The notes below the pieces were generated by a model. It was not told the origin of the DNA and made no database searches. It saw nothing but the letters and a program-made list of their open reading frames with translations. Positions 13,442 to 27,256 of a stretch of 64,000 nt of DNA are shown in pieces. Each line of letters starts with the position of its first letter. Positions within the stretch are counted from its first letter, which is position 1. The stretch is taken from assembly GCA_020536535.1 (NCBI GenBank), contig JAHLWZ010000331.1, positions 854 to 64,853 on the forward strand, given 5' to 3'. Made by a program: the position numbers and the translations under genes. The DNA comes from Pelomyxa schiedti. Its lineage: Eukaryota; Protista; Evosea.

Positions 13442-16035
13442 ATGTCTTCGACAGCAAAAAAGCCGAGTGTGAGTGATCTATGCTCGAAACTACGTAAACA
13501 GCAGTTCCAGCCACCGGCGCGTGACCGTAAATACCACACTGCGCCGCCTCGCTTCACGGGCCGCATCGAGATCGAAATAGATCTGGATGGAGGCGGCGGG
13601 GGGAGTTCTCGCTCCATCCCCAAGTCGAAAACAATGAAGCTCGCGTCGCCGTCGCACTCGCCCATGCATTCGCCGATGCACTCGCCGATTCACTCGCCTC
13701 CAATGGACGAGCTGTGTTCTGGTTCTGGAACTTCTGGTATTTCTGAAGAAATTGAGGCGGACTTGATGGGTGAATTTGATGAACTCAAAAGCCAAACTTT
13801 GCCCGGCACCACTTCGCACAGGGCATACTCAAAACCTGGTATTCCTATTCCACAGAGTTCTAGCTGGAAGGTTTGATTAACTTGTCACTTGCCGGCATTT
13901 TGCTAAGAGTTGCCATAGGTTATGTCCCCTGAGATGCAATCTGGATTAAAGGAAGGTATTTGGTCTTTCTTTTACTGTATTGTCTACTATTCCCAGATTT
14001 TTTAAAGTAACTCTTTTTTCTAAGGAACACCGCCATCTAGGCCTTTAATGGTGCCTTTGCAACTGATACCTAATCAGGTAACTTATCTTTTTCATTATTT
14101 TATTTCCCTTTAATTTCTTATGGCAGAGTGATAATACAAGGTTTCATTCACTTTCAATAAATTCCAATAACTTTCCCATGTAGCTGGAATGTTCCTAGTC
14201 GTGGTTCACATACTTCGTCGGCACCTCAATCCCCAGGCCCTCGAGCCCAACCTCTCTCTGTCAAGTATATCCTCCAGTACATGAACAAACAGACAAACAT
14301 AACAAAAACAACAGGTCTCCAATAATGTCTCCTATCCAAACAGCCGAAGTGAAGAGATTAAAGCAGAAATTGCAGGTGTCTGACCCAATTTAACTAGTGT
14401 TATGTCAAAACTTCTTCCAGGACCACTTCCGTCAGCATGCACAGAGCAGTAACTTACTTGAAGCGTTTGAGGAACTGGAACCGTCAAAACCCCGAAGCAT
14501 ACGAGATGCCGCCACGCAAGTAACACTACTTTCACCATTGGTTATCGTTACTTATAAACCTTTGTAGACCATGTCACACGCTTCCACACAAACTAACGAC
14601 TCAGAAGACAGCATTTCATACCAGTTTCCATTGGATTCTAGGCGCAACAGTGCCCCAGAACTGGTCTCACAGCCCTCAGTTCTTAAACTCACCGCCAATG
14701 GTCTAACTTGTGTCAATGCCTCTACGAACACATACCACTCAAATAGCAATACCGTAACACCATCTGTTACGAATTCTTCTCTAACTACCAGCCCTCCAAT
14801 ATCGAGTGCACCTACAACGGTCCTCTCACTGCCTCTGATAACAACAACCCCTGCTACACCCCCACTTGCACCTGAATCTTCCAACAGTTCATCTTCTCAA
14901 ACCGGCCAATCCAAATGGCCAACAGCATCCTCTTCCACTTTTGACAAACGTCATCAAAGATCTTTTTCAGATTCCCATGAATGGCCTCCCACCTCACAGG
15001 TGCAGGGAGGCTCTACACTAGCATTGCCGCCACCACAGGTAATTCCCGGAGGCTCTGCGTCTACTTATAGCCCCCATGCTTACCTCAAGCCATGTACATC
15101 TTTCCTTTCCCTATTTTATTCCCCTTACAATCAAGTAGCCACCTATGAAGCCCGGCACGGTATCCCTCTTCAAACAGTGTACTTGAACACTGATGGCAAA
15201 CATCAGCGCTCCAGATCAGATTCTCAGGCTTCAGACGACCCAATCATTAGGAAAGAAACTGAGAGGTTCAGTGGAAACATTACTACAAGGATAGTAACAA
15301 ATTCCAGAATATTAGAAAAAGGGATTGCACGGCGTAACTCCATGTCTCGTCGAATCCCTGCTTCGCCTCAAACTTGGCAGGTACTTGCAGAGAGGTATGT
15401 AAATCAGTTGTAAATCCTTGAAATAAGTGGCTTTGTAGTCTTGATGACATTCAAGAAGAAGTACGGAAAATTATCAAGCAAGCTAAAACCCTAGAGCGAC
15501 AAATCTCAGGCATTGAAATGCGCACCAGAGCACCAGGTATTCTTTCTCATTTCTTTATGGGTTTTCATCAACTGGCGAACACACAGCACCGCGGCCTTAT
15601 CAAATGATGTACGGCGGGGGAGGGTCGTCGGAGGATGACAACTATGTCACAGACGATGAGGAGGAGTACGACAGCAGCTTTGGCTTTGAGGAGGACAATG
15701 CCCTTGGACTAGCTGACAGTGGCGACAGCAGCACAACAATCGATGACGAACCCGACCTTGTGTTCCGCGGGCACAAGTTCGTTACTCAACCACCACACGC
15801 GGGATGCCGGCCTTATCTGCTACGCTCCTCCTCTGAGGAGTGCCTTGCGGCTCCTGTAAGGTTGTTTGTTGATGTGTTTCCTCTGTGGGTGCTTGCTTAC
15901 TTTTTTCATAGTAGTCCGGACAGACTGAAGTATGTGCCAATACAGTCCACCCCTACCTCCGCTTTTGGTACCTCTAAACACCTCTCCCTGTCTCGCTCTT
16001 GTGCTCTCCAGCAGAACTTGAATGGTACTTTGTAA
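13442..16035 (+). CDS. hypothetical Ser/Pro-rich protein (possibly two genes; second from 15604 is acidic)
   Basis: Long open frames 13442-13876, 14571-15413 and 15604-16035 joined by GT-AG introns; no family recognised. Confidence 0.5.
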
Positions 16036-16186
16036 AAAGCTTAACCAAAATAAAAGTTACATATGTACAAAATGAAACAGGCGTTTTTTTCACTTTTTAA
16101 TTTAAAAAAATCACGAGCTGCGATTCCAAACGAAGGAAATTGCGCTGCACATTTTCTATAAAAAAGAAAATGGTTTTTTTTATTAT

Positions 16187-18267
16187 TCATGTTCCTTTGT
16201 GGGTGTTGGTGTGTTGCTGGATCCACAATCTGGCCTCTGGGATGCGGGACCTGCGGAGGCAGTTCACGGTTGTGTCAATGTCCCACCCGAATTTCTTTAC
16301 GGTAAACTCGAGTGCAGCTGGACAACACCCTAAAATGTATATCAAATGCTCCTGAATGGTGAGTGTGTCAATGGCAGGGAACTTCTTGAGGATAAGCTTC
16401 CACGTTCGCAAATCAATGTTCTCAAAGGAGTGCCGCAGCCACTGGCTAAACATTCTTAAGACCTAGAAGAAGAATCAACAAATATCTGAGCATGCCATGT
16501 GAGGAAGCGAACCTCTGGAAAATCAATTACAAAGGAGTCAATGAGCCACTTGGAGCATCCTCTTTTCCCCAGAGCAAGCATTCTGAAAAGCAGATGATTG
16601 TTATTCAGCTTCACATGAATTGCGGTGAGAGAGAAGCGCAAAATTAAGAACTTGACAACTTTGCTCGAGAGCGAATCAGACTCAGACAAAACTGTAGAAA
16701 CGATCTCGGCTGAAAACGGCACTGATTGAACAAGTTGTGTTACTTTGGAGAGGTTTGCTCCATTGAGAGAAGCTTTTAGAACTATGTGTTTCTGGGAGTC
16801 CTTCAGAGGAGGAATTTCACGAAAGGCACCCTCAACCAATAATAGAACAGGCCCCGTCTGCCGAGAATTGCATGCCAACTCGACTGCTTCGCGGAGCACA
16901 GGCACTGTTGCCTCCGAAAATCGCAGTTGTTGCAGGAGCCACTGCAAGCTTGCCAATTCCTCATCTTTTCTTGCCCCTGACATGTGGCTGAAGATATTAG
17001 CGAGGCTGGAGTTTGCCAGCTGTTGCGTGGCACTGATAAACTTGAGCACATGGAAGGATTCTTCCAGCCAAACTGCAATGCACAGGTTTCCAGCAGAGAC
17101 TGCCATTTCAAGTGCCTTGATCATATCCAATTGGGCTTGCACAGGTCCCAGCTGTGTAAGCAACCACTTCACAAGTGAGAGGTCTCCCTTGGTATTGGCA
17201 CACGCTGAAACAAAATTCAGTGGTGTGACTGCAACCCTCTTGTCCAAAACAAACCACTTAATGACACTTAGGTCTCCCATCTGTTGACAGCACTTGGAGA
17301 CCAGCTCCTCAGACAATTCAACTTGAAATCGGTCAACAAACCACTTCAGTATTTCCCCACTGGCAATGTACGGCAACAACCTTTGCCTTTCTTCTGAGGA
17401 GAGTACCGTCCCAAAGTGGTCCACCATCCAGTCACAAACCTCCACGCAGCTGTTCTTGTTGCACAACAGAGAGTGAAAGACATCTTCAATGGAAGATTGT
17501 TTTCTGGAAATTGGAACGTTTCCATACCACCATTTGACATGGAGTGGTGCCTTTCCCAGTACACATAAGTCTGCAAAGTTTATCAAGCAGTTTTTTTCAA
17601 GCCATGGAACAGAGAGGAAAGAGTTTCCCAATACGAGAATCTCCTGCAGCATCCACTTGTACACTTCAAAGTTCCCAAAAATGATTGCATACTGCAGTGA
17701 TTTGATGAGTTGCCAAGGCTGATTCATTCCAAACTGTGCCACAACCCACTTGACCACCTCAACATCAGCACCTCTGCTTGTGCATGCTTCATACAGTACA
17801 CTCTCAGCCACGTCCTCTCTCAGCTCAGTGGCCTCCCTTTCATCCACAGGCCACTCGAGTATTCCCTCCCAACAACAGCAACAGCAACAGCCACAGCCAC
17901 AGTGGCCGCGGACCACCAGCTGACGAGCCATGTCGACGTAACCCCCTCCGCACAGCCCCTTGAGCACCGCGGCGCACTCTTTGGCATTGTTCCTTGTGGC
18001 CTTGTGCGCCAGGAGCCACCTCACGCAAGACCTGCAGCCGGCCATGGCCGCGCTTTGCAGTGCGAGGTAGGCCGAACTGCCGGCAAGGCAGTCCCTCTTG
18101 ACCTTGGCGCAGGCCAGCGCCACAAGCGGGAACAGCGCCTCCCCGACGCGGAACAGGTCGGCCACTTGCTTGCGGCCACCACTCCGCCTGGTGTTGCTGA
18201 GCCAGCCCGGGGACACCACGCAGTCCCACACCACCTTTGACACCCTCAGCAGCTCCTGCAGCTCCAT
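16187..18267 (-). CDS. degenerate ankyrin-repeat-like protein, nearly intronless
   Basis: 603-aa ORF with repeated A/C-x-x-G-x-x-x-V-x-x-W-L units (AAMAGCRSCVRWLL, LCGGGYVDMARQLV, AIIFGNFEVYKWML, CANTKGDLSLVKWLL, AVSAGNLCIAVWL); continues in the 16187-16453 exon. Confidence 0.75.
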
Positions 18268-18453
18268 TTTTTGTTGCAGTTCGAAATGAGGTGATTACCA
18301 GGATCTTCCGTAAGGAGTGAACGGTAGCATTCCCCGAGCGACCGCCCTTTTTCGTGAGGATCGGACTCTTGAAGTGAAGGCTAGCCGTTACTCGAAACGG
18401 CAGAGTCTTCGCAAAGAGAGCTGAAAAAAAAAAATCTGTTCTTTCGGGTTGTA

Positions 18454-20486
18454 ATGTTTCGTTCATTCCTGTCCCCCTCGAGTGGCTCAAGCAACAACAA
18501 CAACAGCAGCAGTAGTACTGCTACGGGCAGCAGTTGGGGTGCTTCCTCTTCTTCCACCACCGTGGTCGGTTCCAACCCCCCGTTGGCCAGTTTCCCCGAA
18601 CTGCCGTTTGGTGTCGTTGCGTCGCCTTATGCAGCGTCGGGCAGGCAGCCCTCCTCGTCCTCGTCCTCGTCGTCGTCGTCTCCGTCTGTTGCTGCCTCTG
18701 CCGCGCCCAAGTTGGTGTCCTTCACTGTGGGGGGCGTTACGTACGAGGGCGAGTGCAAGAGGCAACCTCTTGGTAGGACTGCGTTTTTTTTTTTGGCGAT
18801 ATTTAATTCTATTCTATGAATTAGTATTAACTATAAATAGGCACTCTAACTTTGTATGCCATTCTCCTTCTAAACAAATCCAAAAAACCCAGCGTCGAGA
18901 CTGTTAAATGGTCCTATTGTTTTTGCTCCTGAGACAAGGGCCAGTGGGGAAACTGAGTTTGAGGAAACATATTTACTTGCTGAGGGGAAAGGTGCACCAA
19001 GACTTCAAGAAAAAGGTCACTCCTTCCTTACCATTCTCAGGAACTCTGTACCAAGTAAACCCTACAACACACGAAAAGGGAGTACGTGTCTACACAGGCA
19101 CTTGGCATAGGGGGTATCCCATTTCTTTTCTCCTTTCTTGGATAAAAAGCCTTATTTCCCCCATAGTTTGAGGGATGGTGAGGGAGACGGCCTCATTGTT
19201 TGTGATCATTATCATGGGTAACGCGTTTGCAATATCCTTCTCTTACTTATCTTCCTTACAAGATATTGTGGTCAGTGGTACCAAAATATCAATACCACAA
19301 ATCCAGAACCACTTGGGAAGTACAAAGGGGGCTGGTGTGTTACTTTCTCTGTATCGTAAGTAACGTGTTCTTCAACGACAGGAAAAAAGGGTTACTTCAT
19401 GGTAGAGGCACACTTGAGGTGAAAGGAAACGTTGTTGAAGGAGAATTTCAGCACGATCAGCCTTTCAATGCTACCGGAGTTTGTGAATCCATTGCGGGTA
19501 CAAAATTCAGTGGAAGTTGGTTTTCTGGTTTCTTCCATGGTACTTGTTATCACCCCTCATTTCTTACTGACATTAAATTTAAGGCCAAATAACTAGGATT
19601 GATGATAACGGTGTCAGGTCACCCAAAAAGCCAAGTTACTTTCAACTCACCACAGGTGCAGGTACTGTGGTGATGTAAAAAATAACAAGAAAGCTGGAAA
19701 GGGAGTGGAAACTTTTACACACACGGGCGGACAATATGAGGGTTTTTGGAAGGATGATAAGAGACATTTTTGTGGCACGGTAAAGTTTCTAGCTTCACTG
19801 TTGATTAGAACTTATCTCGCAGTATTTAGTTCACGTGGCCCAGTGGGAAGATAGAAGAACGTGAATATGACTTGGGGACACTGGTTCAGGTGCAAAACGG
19901 TTTCAAGTGGAGAGTGTTTGTCTAACCGTATCAGACATCTTCTCTCTCCCCAACCGACGCTGAGAGAGAGCTTGTGAGAACAAGAGAGACTAACCATACT
20001 CTGACCACAACATGTGAAGAATTGACAAGACAAATTTCTTTACTTAAGGTATTGTACAACTTCCACCCACAGGAACAACAACATGAGTAATAACCGAAAT
20101 CCCAGTCCAAACTGGAGACTCTCGAATCCTTTGAAAACCAACTTGAAGAACTAAAGGCCTCAAGTACTGATCTAGAAAAGCGGGCAGTTTCCTTCAAGTA
20201 CCTTCCTTTCAGCAAGACCTGATTAACAAAAAAAAACCCCCAAAAAGGACCGACCTCGAAACCGAAAGAGATAGGAATCGCTGTCAAATATGTATGGACA
20301 AAAATCGCGATGCACTTCTTATGCCCTGCTGCCATTTTCTGTATTGTACTACATGTGTGAATGCCCATTTAGCCAGAAGCAGAACATGGTACACATTTCC
20401 TCAAGATACACCATTTTCACATTCAATCAAGTCCTGCATGCCGAACGTCTGTCAGTGGAATAATGAACTGCAAACTCACACTTTGA
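18454..20486 (+). CDS. MORN-repeat protein with C-terminal C3HC4 RING (probable E3 ligase)
   Basis: MORN units (YEGEC, YTGTW, LLHGRGTLEVKGNVVEGEF, FSGSWFSGFFHG, GGQYEGFWKDDKRH); RING CQICMDKNRDALLMPCCHFLYCTTCV..C. Confidence 0.85.
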
Positions 20487-20688
20487 CACGACCATTTGAT
20501 TGTAAGTTTAAGTCGCACCTATGGACGCTTTATGATTTTTGATAGCTCTTAAACAGCCACGAGGCCTAAAGCAACTGTGATGGATCTGTAAGAACCAAAC
20601 AACCAAAAGGGAAAAAAAAGAAGAAACCGAACAAGATCTTTGTGAAATCACCTTTCAAAACAAACAAACAAAAAAAAAGGGAACGGAG

Positions 20689-23143
20689 ATGAGCGCAGCG
20701 GGATTGCCGTTTCCCAAGTTGGATGATGCGTCAAAGGCCGAGATCCGAACACAAGTGCAAGACAAGTTGAAAGAAATGTCCGCCGACACAGACATTCTTC
20801 CAGTTGTGTGGTTTTTTTTTCGTTTTCCTTTTCTTTTTATTCCTCCCCAATTTTGCCTCGTTTGGGACCCGCGAGTGAAGTGGTGTTGAGTAAAAATCGA
20901 ACTCACGATCGATGTTTGGTTTGTGCACAGGAGTACGTTATGGTGATGGTTGGAAACCAGAAAAATAAGGCCAAGGTGGCGGAGGAGCTAAAAGTTTTCC
21001 TGCACGACGCTTCTGATGGATTTGCTGATTGGTGAGTGGATCAATATGTGCTCCACTTACAATTCGGCAGGCTGTGGGATAAAATTACACAGTATTTAGC
21101 AGCCAGGGGAGCACTGCCAAAGCAACCAGACACCCCAGCAAAGAGTTCTGGCTCTGTGTTCCTGAATCCACCACCCCCAGTTGATTCCACTACAACGATT
21201 TCCGTAGCACAGCCTGCAGACATTCAACTGCAACAACAACCAGCTGTTCAATCACAACTTGTAGATCCATCTCGAGAGTACCAAGGTACCAATTCACCTG
21301 GACCTTTGGCTTTTTTTTTTATTATAATATTAATATTTAAGTTAAAACTATCCCAGAAAGCAGACTTTCATCAGTAGTAACAGACTATTCACAGGCGCGG
21401 GAAAGTGCTGCTGCCCAGGAGTAAATGCACGTGTAACATGTGCCTTTCCTAACGTGTATATTAGGCAGGTTGTTGAGCGGCGGCACAGCGTTTTGCCACA
21501 TGACCCCTCCACTCCAAGACGGAACCCCAGACAAAGACTGATAGCAAAAAAAAGAATACAGCGTGAAGAGTATGATATCTTCTCATTCCCTCTGTCAGGT
21601 TTTATTTTTTTTTTAAATTCCTGTCTTAAAGAAATACTTTGGAAGACACAGAGGTTTGAAGCTAATCCACTTCATACATAATTGACATAAACAGGACCGT
21701 CCAATTGTCTCGCATTCTTCTGGTATCAGACTTTTAGCAGCGGCAGTTCAACAGTCAGTGGAATCAGTTGGGGCTCCAACCGAGGTGCCTGCTGTAGAGA
21801 ATGAGTTCGATCGAACTGTAGGTTACAAAAGAAAACGGGAGGAACAAATCCCAGTGGAGGGCGATGTGAAATTCACTATCACAATGGAAGAACCGGAAAC
21901 GTTAATCCCGGATCTTTTGAATGAAGAGGTTTGCCCTAAATCTGAATTGGGCATACACTCAACTACAAACACAGGCAATTGCACCCCCTCCAAAAAAAGC
22001 CACACCTGTCAAATGTCAATTCTGGCCCAACTGCAAGAAACCAAACTGTTCTTTCCACCATCCAACTGAAACTTGCAAGTACGACATTTCTAAATTATGT
22101 GTCCCTCCTAAACAAAAAAAAGATTATTCCCCCACTGCCCCTATGGTACCAAGTGCTTTTATATTCACCCAAGTACCCCTTGTAACTTTGGAAGCAATTG
22201 TACACGGCCAAATTGCCAATTCACTCACCCCACAGCTGTCAACATTGTATGTCTGGTCTGTTTAAGCTCAATGTCTTACTTACAGTTGCTAGGTACCAGT
22301 TCCTACACCAATTATCTCATCTCCGTATATGCAATCACCCACATCTACTGTGAAATGTGCGTATGGTCTCTCTTGCCATAAGCCTGGTTGCAAATATCTA
22401 CACCCAAATCAAGCAAGGTATCTTCCGAAAGTACCCAACTCATAACTTATGGTGAATTAATTTTCTGTGCAGTTTCCCCCAGATTCCGCTATCCCCGATG
22501 GCCATGCCGTCCATGCCAATGTCTTTTCCTGTCAGTTCACCTCCCTCTGCACCTCCATGCAGGAACGGGTATGCATGCTCTGGAAGGTCTACTGGAACAT
22601 GCTCCTTCTTCCATCCACCTGTATGTTATTTTTTCCTTGTCCTTCCACTTACTTGAGACCAAACCTAAATCACCACTAGGAACCATGCAAGTTTGGTTCC
22701 AAATGCACAAGGCAACCCAACTGTAATTTTGCACACGGGAAAATATGTCATCATGGTGTAGCTTGTACTACACCTGGCTGCACTTTTGTGCACACTTCAG
22801 CTCCCTCTTCCATCTCCACAACATTTGAAACTGGAAGTAGTGACGCTAACGGAACAAGCGATGTCCAAACTCCCACGATGCCGCTATGCAAGGTACCTCA
22901 CGCCAATCTCTTCTCCTTTCTAAACAACAATAAAGCATTACCCAAATTGCACCAAACTGAATTGCAAGTATTATCACCCGACTGGCTATGGAGGCAAAAG
23001 TAAACCCTCCCCGCTCTCCACCCTATATTTCTCACATATCCTTAACACGAACAGAATCCCTCACACCTGCAGAGAATGCCGACGTGGAGAGAGTTGTTGA
23101 TAGTATATCAGCCACATTGCCACCCACACCTCCTCGCTCATAG
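20689..23143 (+). CDS. Nab2/ZC3H14-like poly(A)-binding CCCH protein with N-terminal PWI-like domain
   Basis: IRTQVQDKLKEM..DILP|EYVMVMVGNQKNKAKVAEELKVFL..FADW|LWD; tandem CCCH fingers CQFWPNCKKPNCSFHHP, CPYGTKCFYIHP, CNFGSNCTRPNCQFTHP and several more. Confidence 0.82.
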
Positions 23144-23300
23144 TTGACCCCATTCACCCTAAGACACCAAACATAAATACAGTCTACATAGACCAACCAA
23201 GTACGCTTATTTTGAAAGGCAATAAACCATCACAATACGGTTAATTTTTTTTTCCCTTTCCTTCGTTTTTTTCCCTTTCAAAGAAAAGGAGTACGAGGTG

Positions 23301-24487
23301 ATGTGCGACCTAGAAGAGAGGGAGACGCGGGTGCTTGCCGAGTGCATTATGGGACGGGAGCAGAGTGTTGCATTTTGCAGTTGCACGTTGTTGAGGTGTG
23401 GACAACATTCACCAGCCCGAGTTATGACACACTCAATTTTGAAAGAGCTGTCACAATTGTATATTTTGGGTGTGGTCCATGTTTGACCGTAACCAAACCA
23501 ACCCAAAGAAAATAACACACTTAGGGAAAAAGTCCAGCTTTGCTGTGATCATTACCAAATTTGCACCACAAATTGGGTGGTGGTACTTCACTTTTTCAGT
23601 GTCACATACATTGGGTCTTTTGGAGCCAAATACACATTCATTTCTCGTGAGGTCATGTGACACCATTTCCACCACCATCACGGCACCACAAGAATTTGGA
23701 ATTCTCAACAACACAGTCTTGTACTCTGAGGATATCTCCACTACAGAAAGACCAATTTTATGTAATTCAAAGTGGATGGTGGAAATTGACAACGTTGCCG
23801 GAACTATACAAGTGCACAGAGATGTCTATGGCAGAGACCCGGCGACTCTGTGCCTTCCTAACAAACCCTGGTGGGTGTTGCAATCCCGCTATACAGCCAC
23901 AGATAGAAACATCGGTGAGTACAATGAACTCTCTTTGTGGGGCACTTCTCAGGGGAAATGTGTATACGCAAGGATTGATCTAAGTCAGTCTTATCGAACG
24001 AAATCACTTGTCACAACTTACACCCTATGTGAAAGATTACCCCCGGGATGCATGACACCCCCGACTTATTTCTTTGGGAGCCCCGATGGTGGTGCTTTGA
24101 TTGCCTGGCCACACCGCGAGCAAGTTACTTTCCTCAATGTTAGAACCGGAACGCAATCTGTAATACAACATGGAGGTTTGGCTGAATGATGAACAGAGCT
24201 TGAACTAACTCATTCATTCCACAGGACGCTTCTTTGCCGTTGATGGGTGCAATTTTGCTTTTTCTCCACCAGAGATGCCTGAAGGAACCAACTATGAATT
24301 ACACAATACACTCACTGGGGAGATAACACACAGGACTTTGTGTGGCCGCATTCTGGCCAGTGGTGGAGGCCTCTTGTTTGTGCTGGCAAAGCCTCAACTT
24401 ATTGCAATTGATGGTTCCAGTGGTGCCATTGCTATCACTTGGAGCAGTGGCATTCTGCAGCAGTTCATCACAGTGGGCACAATATAG
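23301..24487 (+). CDS. orphan expanded-family protein A (frame break or weak intron near 23470)
   Basis: N-terminal REQSVAFCSCTLLRCGQHSPAR; body FTFSVSHTLGLL and CNSKWMV, shared with the gene at 25698. Confidence 0.55.
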
Positions 24488-24609
24488 ACCAAAAACCGTA
24501 TTATCATTATTTTACATATACGCCTTCAAACTTTTTTCTTAGTCCTCGTTCTCAGCCGTAGGTGGTGGGCGCCCAGACATCCATGCGAACTCGATGTTCA
24601 TTCTTTACT

Positions 24610-25423
24610 CTATTTTTGTTGATAAGTGCCTCTCTTTTTGACAAGGGAAAAACCATACTTTGGGATGTCCAGTGTGAGGATGGTGCAGTTGACGTACCAG
24701 AGCTCACAGGAACACATACGGACGGAGCGCACGCAGAAAAGTGACTCATTTATCTGACACAAGTCACTTGCTGTGGTATTGAACCACTTGAAGCCTGAAG
24801 ATTGTGGCCAGTCACCGCCTTCTCCGATTTGAAATATGCCGTTCTCGGGCCATTCCCCACTTGCATTCCTCATTCTCAGCACGTTGTTAGGCATGCTATT
24901 ACCAACAGTAGTGTCAGTCATCTTGCTCTTCAGTGTCACTGGCACGGAATGGTCCGTGGCCTGTGGGGTCAGGGAAAAAACGTAATGTGCGTACTGGAAG
25001 GAAGCATTGTGCCGAGAAGCCGAGGTCTTCCCCACTTCTCCCACGCACACAAGCGGTTCCCCAAAGCTGAAATCCACCTTGATTACTCGGTTCCTTACGC
25101 CCTGCAGAGCAATGGGTGTTGCCGGTACACTGAAGTCTCCAAGAATATGCCAAACGGATCGCAGGTCCAATCCTCCACTCCGCCTTGTGTTGTCACACCC
25201 AATGTTAGTTCCGAGCAAAGAGGAAAGTCCTGAGTGGCGTGAACCACGCGCTTCGTCGGTCCCGACTTTCACTTCCAGGCAACGAGATCCTCAGTTCCTT
25301 TGATCCAGTCATCCCATAACTGCCTCAAAAGCTGTCCCTCCACACTGAGGGTGCGCACCCGAGGCCAGGCTCAATAACTGCCGATGCGCACATAGTTGTG
25401 GGACGATCCGTGAATACGGGCAT
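24610..25423 (-). pseudogene. orphan expanded-family member B, frameshifted
   Basis: ATG frame MPVFTDRPTTMCA, the motif HRQLLSLASGAHPQCGG, the motif LLRQLWDDWI and the 220-aa body require successive frame switches; two TGA stops lie in the body frame upstream of 25272. Confidence 0.5.
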
Positions 25424-25554
25424 TACTCGCTTGGAAGGTGACGCTGGAGCAAAGTTGCGGTTCCTTTTTCGGTAGTTTTAAGCGGAGGCGAAGAAAAAAA
25501 AATTTTTTCCCACCCGACTCAAAGAGAAATTCGAAGATGTCATTTTTACCAGAG

Positions 25555-25626
25555 GGGCGTTTAGCTCAGTGGAAGAGTATCTGACTCCGGATCAGAATGT
25601 CATGGGTTCAACCCCCATAACGCTCG
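25555..25626 (+). tRNA. tRNA-Arg(CCG), copy 1
   Basis: Cloverleaf: acceptor GGGCGTT/AACGCTC, D-stem GCTC/GAGT, anticodon stem TCTGA/TCAGA with loop CTCCGGA (CCG at 25587-25589), T-arm ATGGG-TTCAACC-CCCAT; T8 terminator downstream. Confidence 0.97.
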
Positions 25627-25697
25627 AACATTTTTTTTCTCCCAAATGTTCAACCAGGAAATACTGGCGATCTGATTGACACAAAAATACAGTAATA

Positions 25698-27173
25698 ATG
25701 GAGAAGCTCGAGTACGATACCCACACGGCCGAGATCACGTACATGTTGTACGCCCCAAGTCAGATTCTACAACTACTATTTGCCGCGGAGCAGGCAGCAG
25801 CCTCGTCCCGTGGCGCCGGGCCCCGGGGGCGTCGTTCCAAGTTACTGCACTCCCGAGCCCGCCCGTCTCCTCCTCCCCGTGCCCCGTCGGGCTCGTGCCT
25901 CGCTGGGTGGTGGTCGAGTGCATCGGGAAGCGGTGGGTGCTGCGGCCCGAGAGGCGCGTCCTCGTCGAGTTTGGCGGCAACCCGGCGGACCCGACGTGGG
26001 ACGGGCCCCGCGTGCGCCTCTTCTTCTCCGTCGGCGCGACGCTGGGGCTCGTGTGCCCGCCCGTGCCGGTGTCCGACCTCGCAGACTGCGTCGGGCGGCT
26101 TGGCGGCACCTCGGCCGTCCGCGGCTCAGGCTCCTGCGCTGCCCCGAAGCGATTCGAGGCGACGCAAACGGTCGTGGCGGACCTGACCACGCGCGGCCCA
26201 ACACTTGTGATCAAATCTATGCGCAATCTGGGCGAAGGCTACAAGGCATGCTGCAATACCAAATGGGTTGTCATCGCAAACCCTCCCAGTGATAATAGCA
26301 ATGTTCAGCAAGGAATGCACGTGTGGAGGGTGAAGAACTCACGAGTGGAGGAGGCTGGCCGCAGATTTATGAGGTGCACTTGGTCTGCTTCTGCTCTATC
26401 ACTGCGGTTCTTGGGTCAAAATGAGTTCGATTTTGAGGCTGATGTTGTGGAGGCAATTTTCACTGAAAAGAGAGAGGGTGAACACGAATATCTATGTGTG
26501 GCTCACATCGACCTGAGCACTGCTGAAATTCACTCTAGAGTGGTGTGTGCTTGCAATCTTTCAGAGAAGGGCATATCAACCAGAGCAATAACCAGGCCGC
26601 TTGTCAACCGGTCCGATTGGACCTACTGCTTTGTTCTCTTGTCTTCTTTTCGTGGATACTACTCTGCTGCACTCAAGATTCTGGTGGTAAACACGGGTAA
26701 AATCATAACATTGCTTGAAGAGTACCCATGCCGGGATATCACAGTGGCCACAACCGATGAATCACACCTATGCATAACAAGCAAGAGTTGCTCAAGGGCA
26801 GACGTGTATTCTCTCTCAAGTTTCCTCCTCTTCCTCTTCATCATCTTGTTTGCCAAATGTGACTCCCTGTCTTGTTCATTTGTTTCCACCTGGATCGAAA
26901 GTGGCCTCTGGCTGCGGACTTATTGCCATCAGTTCCCTCTCAATGGATACTGATCCATTCTACTCTGTACTGATCCCAACGCTTTCTGAAACCTCAAATC
27001 CATCCGGCGAACAATCGTTCCACACACCCAAGGTTACCATGACCCATCAGATTATTGACTCGACCACAGGTACCCTTATTTTCTCACAGAAACAGACCGG
27101 CACTCGGAGGTCTCTCCTCCCACTGGACATAAAGGCCGTTCCTTTCCGCTGCCCTTTCACAGCACAACACTGA
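25698..27173 (+). CDS. orphan expanded-family protein C (ATG frame and 425-aa body out of frame; possible pseudogene)
   Basis: MEKLEY..YAPSQILQLLF in one frame; CRGAGSS..CIGKRWVL..LFFSVGATLGLV..CNTKWVV in another. The only ATG-less start for the long ORF is TTG at 25676. Confidence 0.55.
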
Positions 27174-27256
27174 CAAAAAAAACGTATCCCGAAACACATT
27201 CGGGTTCCTTCTCAACCGACTCCAAGTAAAATGTGAAGATATAATTTTTACCAGAG

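Noticed and set aside
23036-23054. TCCTTAAC U12-type branch-site match before an acceptor
   Set aside because: The matching donor is GTAAAC (U2 type), and I noticed no RTATCCTT donor at any splice site.
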